Shown: in pieces, positions 63,555-64,000 of the stretch
How the letters are laid out: every line of letters starts with the position of its first letter
Position numbering within the stretch: position 1 is the stretch's first letter
Notes under the pieces: model-generated
Told to the model about the DNA's origin: nothing
The model's input: only the letters and a program-made list of their open reading frames with translations
Database searches by the model: none
Position numbers and translations under genes: made by a program
Source of the DNA: Cyanophora paradoxa CCMP329
Taxonomy: Eukaryota; Plantae; Glaucophyta
Length of the DNA stretch: 64,000 bases
NCBI GenBank assembly: GCA_004431415.1
Contig: QPMI01000093.1
Coordinates: 186,001 to 250,000 of the forward strand
Direction of reading: 5' to 3'

Positions 63555-64000
63555 ATGGCCACCGTCCGCAACGCCAACGAGATCGACCCGCCAAGCTCGC
63601 CTTCGAGATCGACGCCACCGGCCGCATCAAGGCCAAGTACGACGGCCTGCAGGGCCTCATGATGTACGCGCCGCCCATGGTCACGATCAACCCGTGCATC
63701 AACACAGAGCAAGGCAAGGCGTGGAGCGACGAGAAGAAGGCCTTCGTCATGGAAGAAAACGGCGGATTTTACACGCTGGACCTCACCGATCTCAGCGCCG
63801 TCGACGGCCAGACGAACCCAGCCGCGGACGAGTTCCTCAAGCTGCTGGAGGCCCTGGACGCGAAATTCTGCGAGTTCGTGCAGCAGAACCAGGCCAAGCT
63901 CAAGGTCTCGCCCGGCCGCTCCCTCTCCAAGGATCAGATCTCGGTGCTGCAGACCCCCAGCGTGCGCATCAAGGTCGACAAGGAGTCGGGCCAGGCCTTC
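63555..64000 (+). CDS. Probable NCLDV-type single-stranded DNA-binding protein (DUF2738-like / T7 gp2.5-like OB fold); runs off the window
   Basis: Open frame missing from the track: MATVRNANEID...LMMYAPPM...YTLDL...EFLKLLEALDAKFCEFVQQNQAKL....LSKDQISVLQTPSVRIKVDKESG. Confidence 0.6.

Larger units (their letters stand above)
47350..64000. mobile_element. Endogenous dsDNA virus-like element, continuing past the window end; left boundary approximate
   Basis: YqaJ exonuclease, D5/SF3 helicase and probable SSB; dense small intronless ORFs with a shared upstream motif; no recognisable host housekeeping genes. Confidence 0.75.

Noticed and set aside
47350-64000. Polinton/Maverick, Helitron or bacterial prophage label
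   Set aside because: No pPolB, RVE integrase, Rep-PIF1 or phage structural genes seen, and spliceosomal introns argue against bacterial contamination.

Overview
Eukaryotic, GC-rich nuclear DNA from a protist or alga with many introns (many short, many GC-AG); I cannot identify the species. Most ORF-track entries are shadow frames, and the real genes are spliced. 1-22.3 kb: BOP1/ERB1 (5'-truncated), FRA10AC1, an Hsp110/HSPA4 chaperone and, head-to-head with it, one gene fusing an SbcD/Mre11 nuclease to an SbcC/Rad50 ATPase. 23-30.5 kb: a lower-GC island bounded by diverged direct repeats, carrying an FkbM methyltransferase and a GT77-like glycosyltransferase. 30.6-35.7 kb: BABAM1/MERIT40 and an FN3-domain gene. 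36.5-45.7 kb: an apparent pterin gene cluster (tandemly duplicated pterin-4a-carbinolamine dehydratase, a RibD_C/DHFR-fold reductase, and a GTP cyclohydrolase I with a signal-peptide-like N-terminus). 45.8-47.35 kb: MITE-rich spacer. From ~47.35 kb past the window end: an endogenous DNA-virus-like element with a YqaJ exonuclease/recombinase, an intron-containing D5/SF3 helicase, a probable NCLDV-type SSB, a GNAT-like gene and a compact block of small membrane-protein ORFs. Its genes share a TTTTCTA-like upstream motif, and an origin-like inverted repeat is built from TGACGTAAATGACGC modules. Single-base indels in G/C runs occur in both host and viral genes and are probably long-read errors. 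All calls come from reading motifs by eye; no searches were run.
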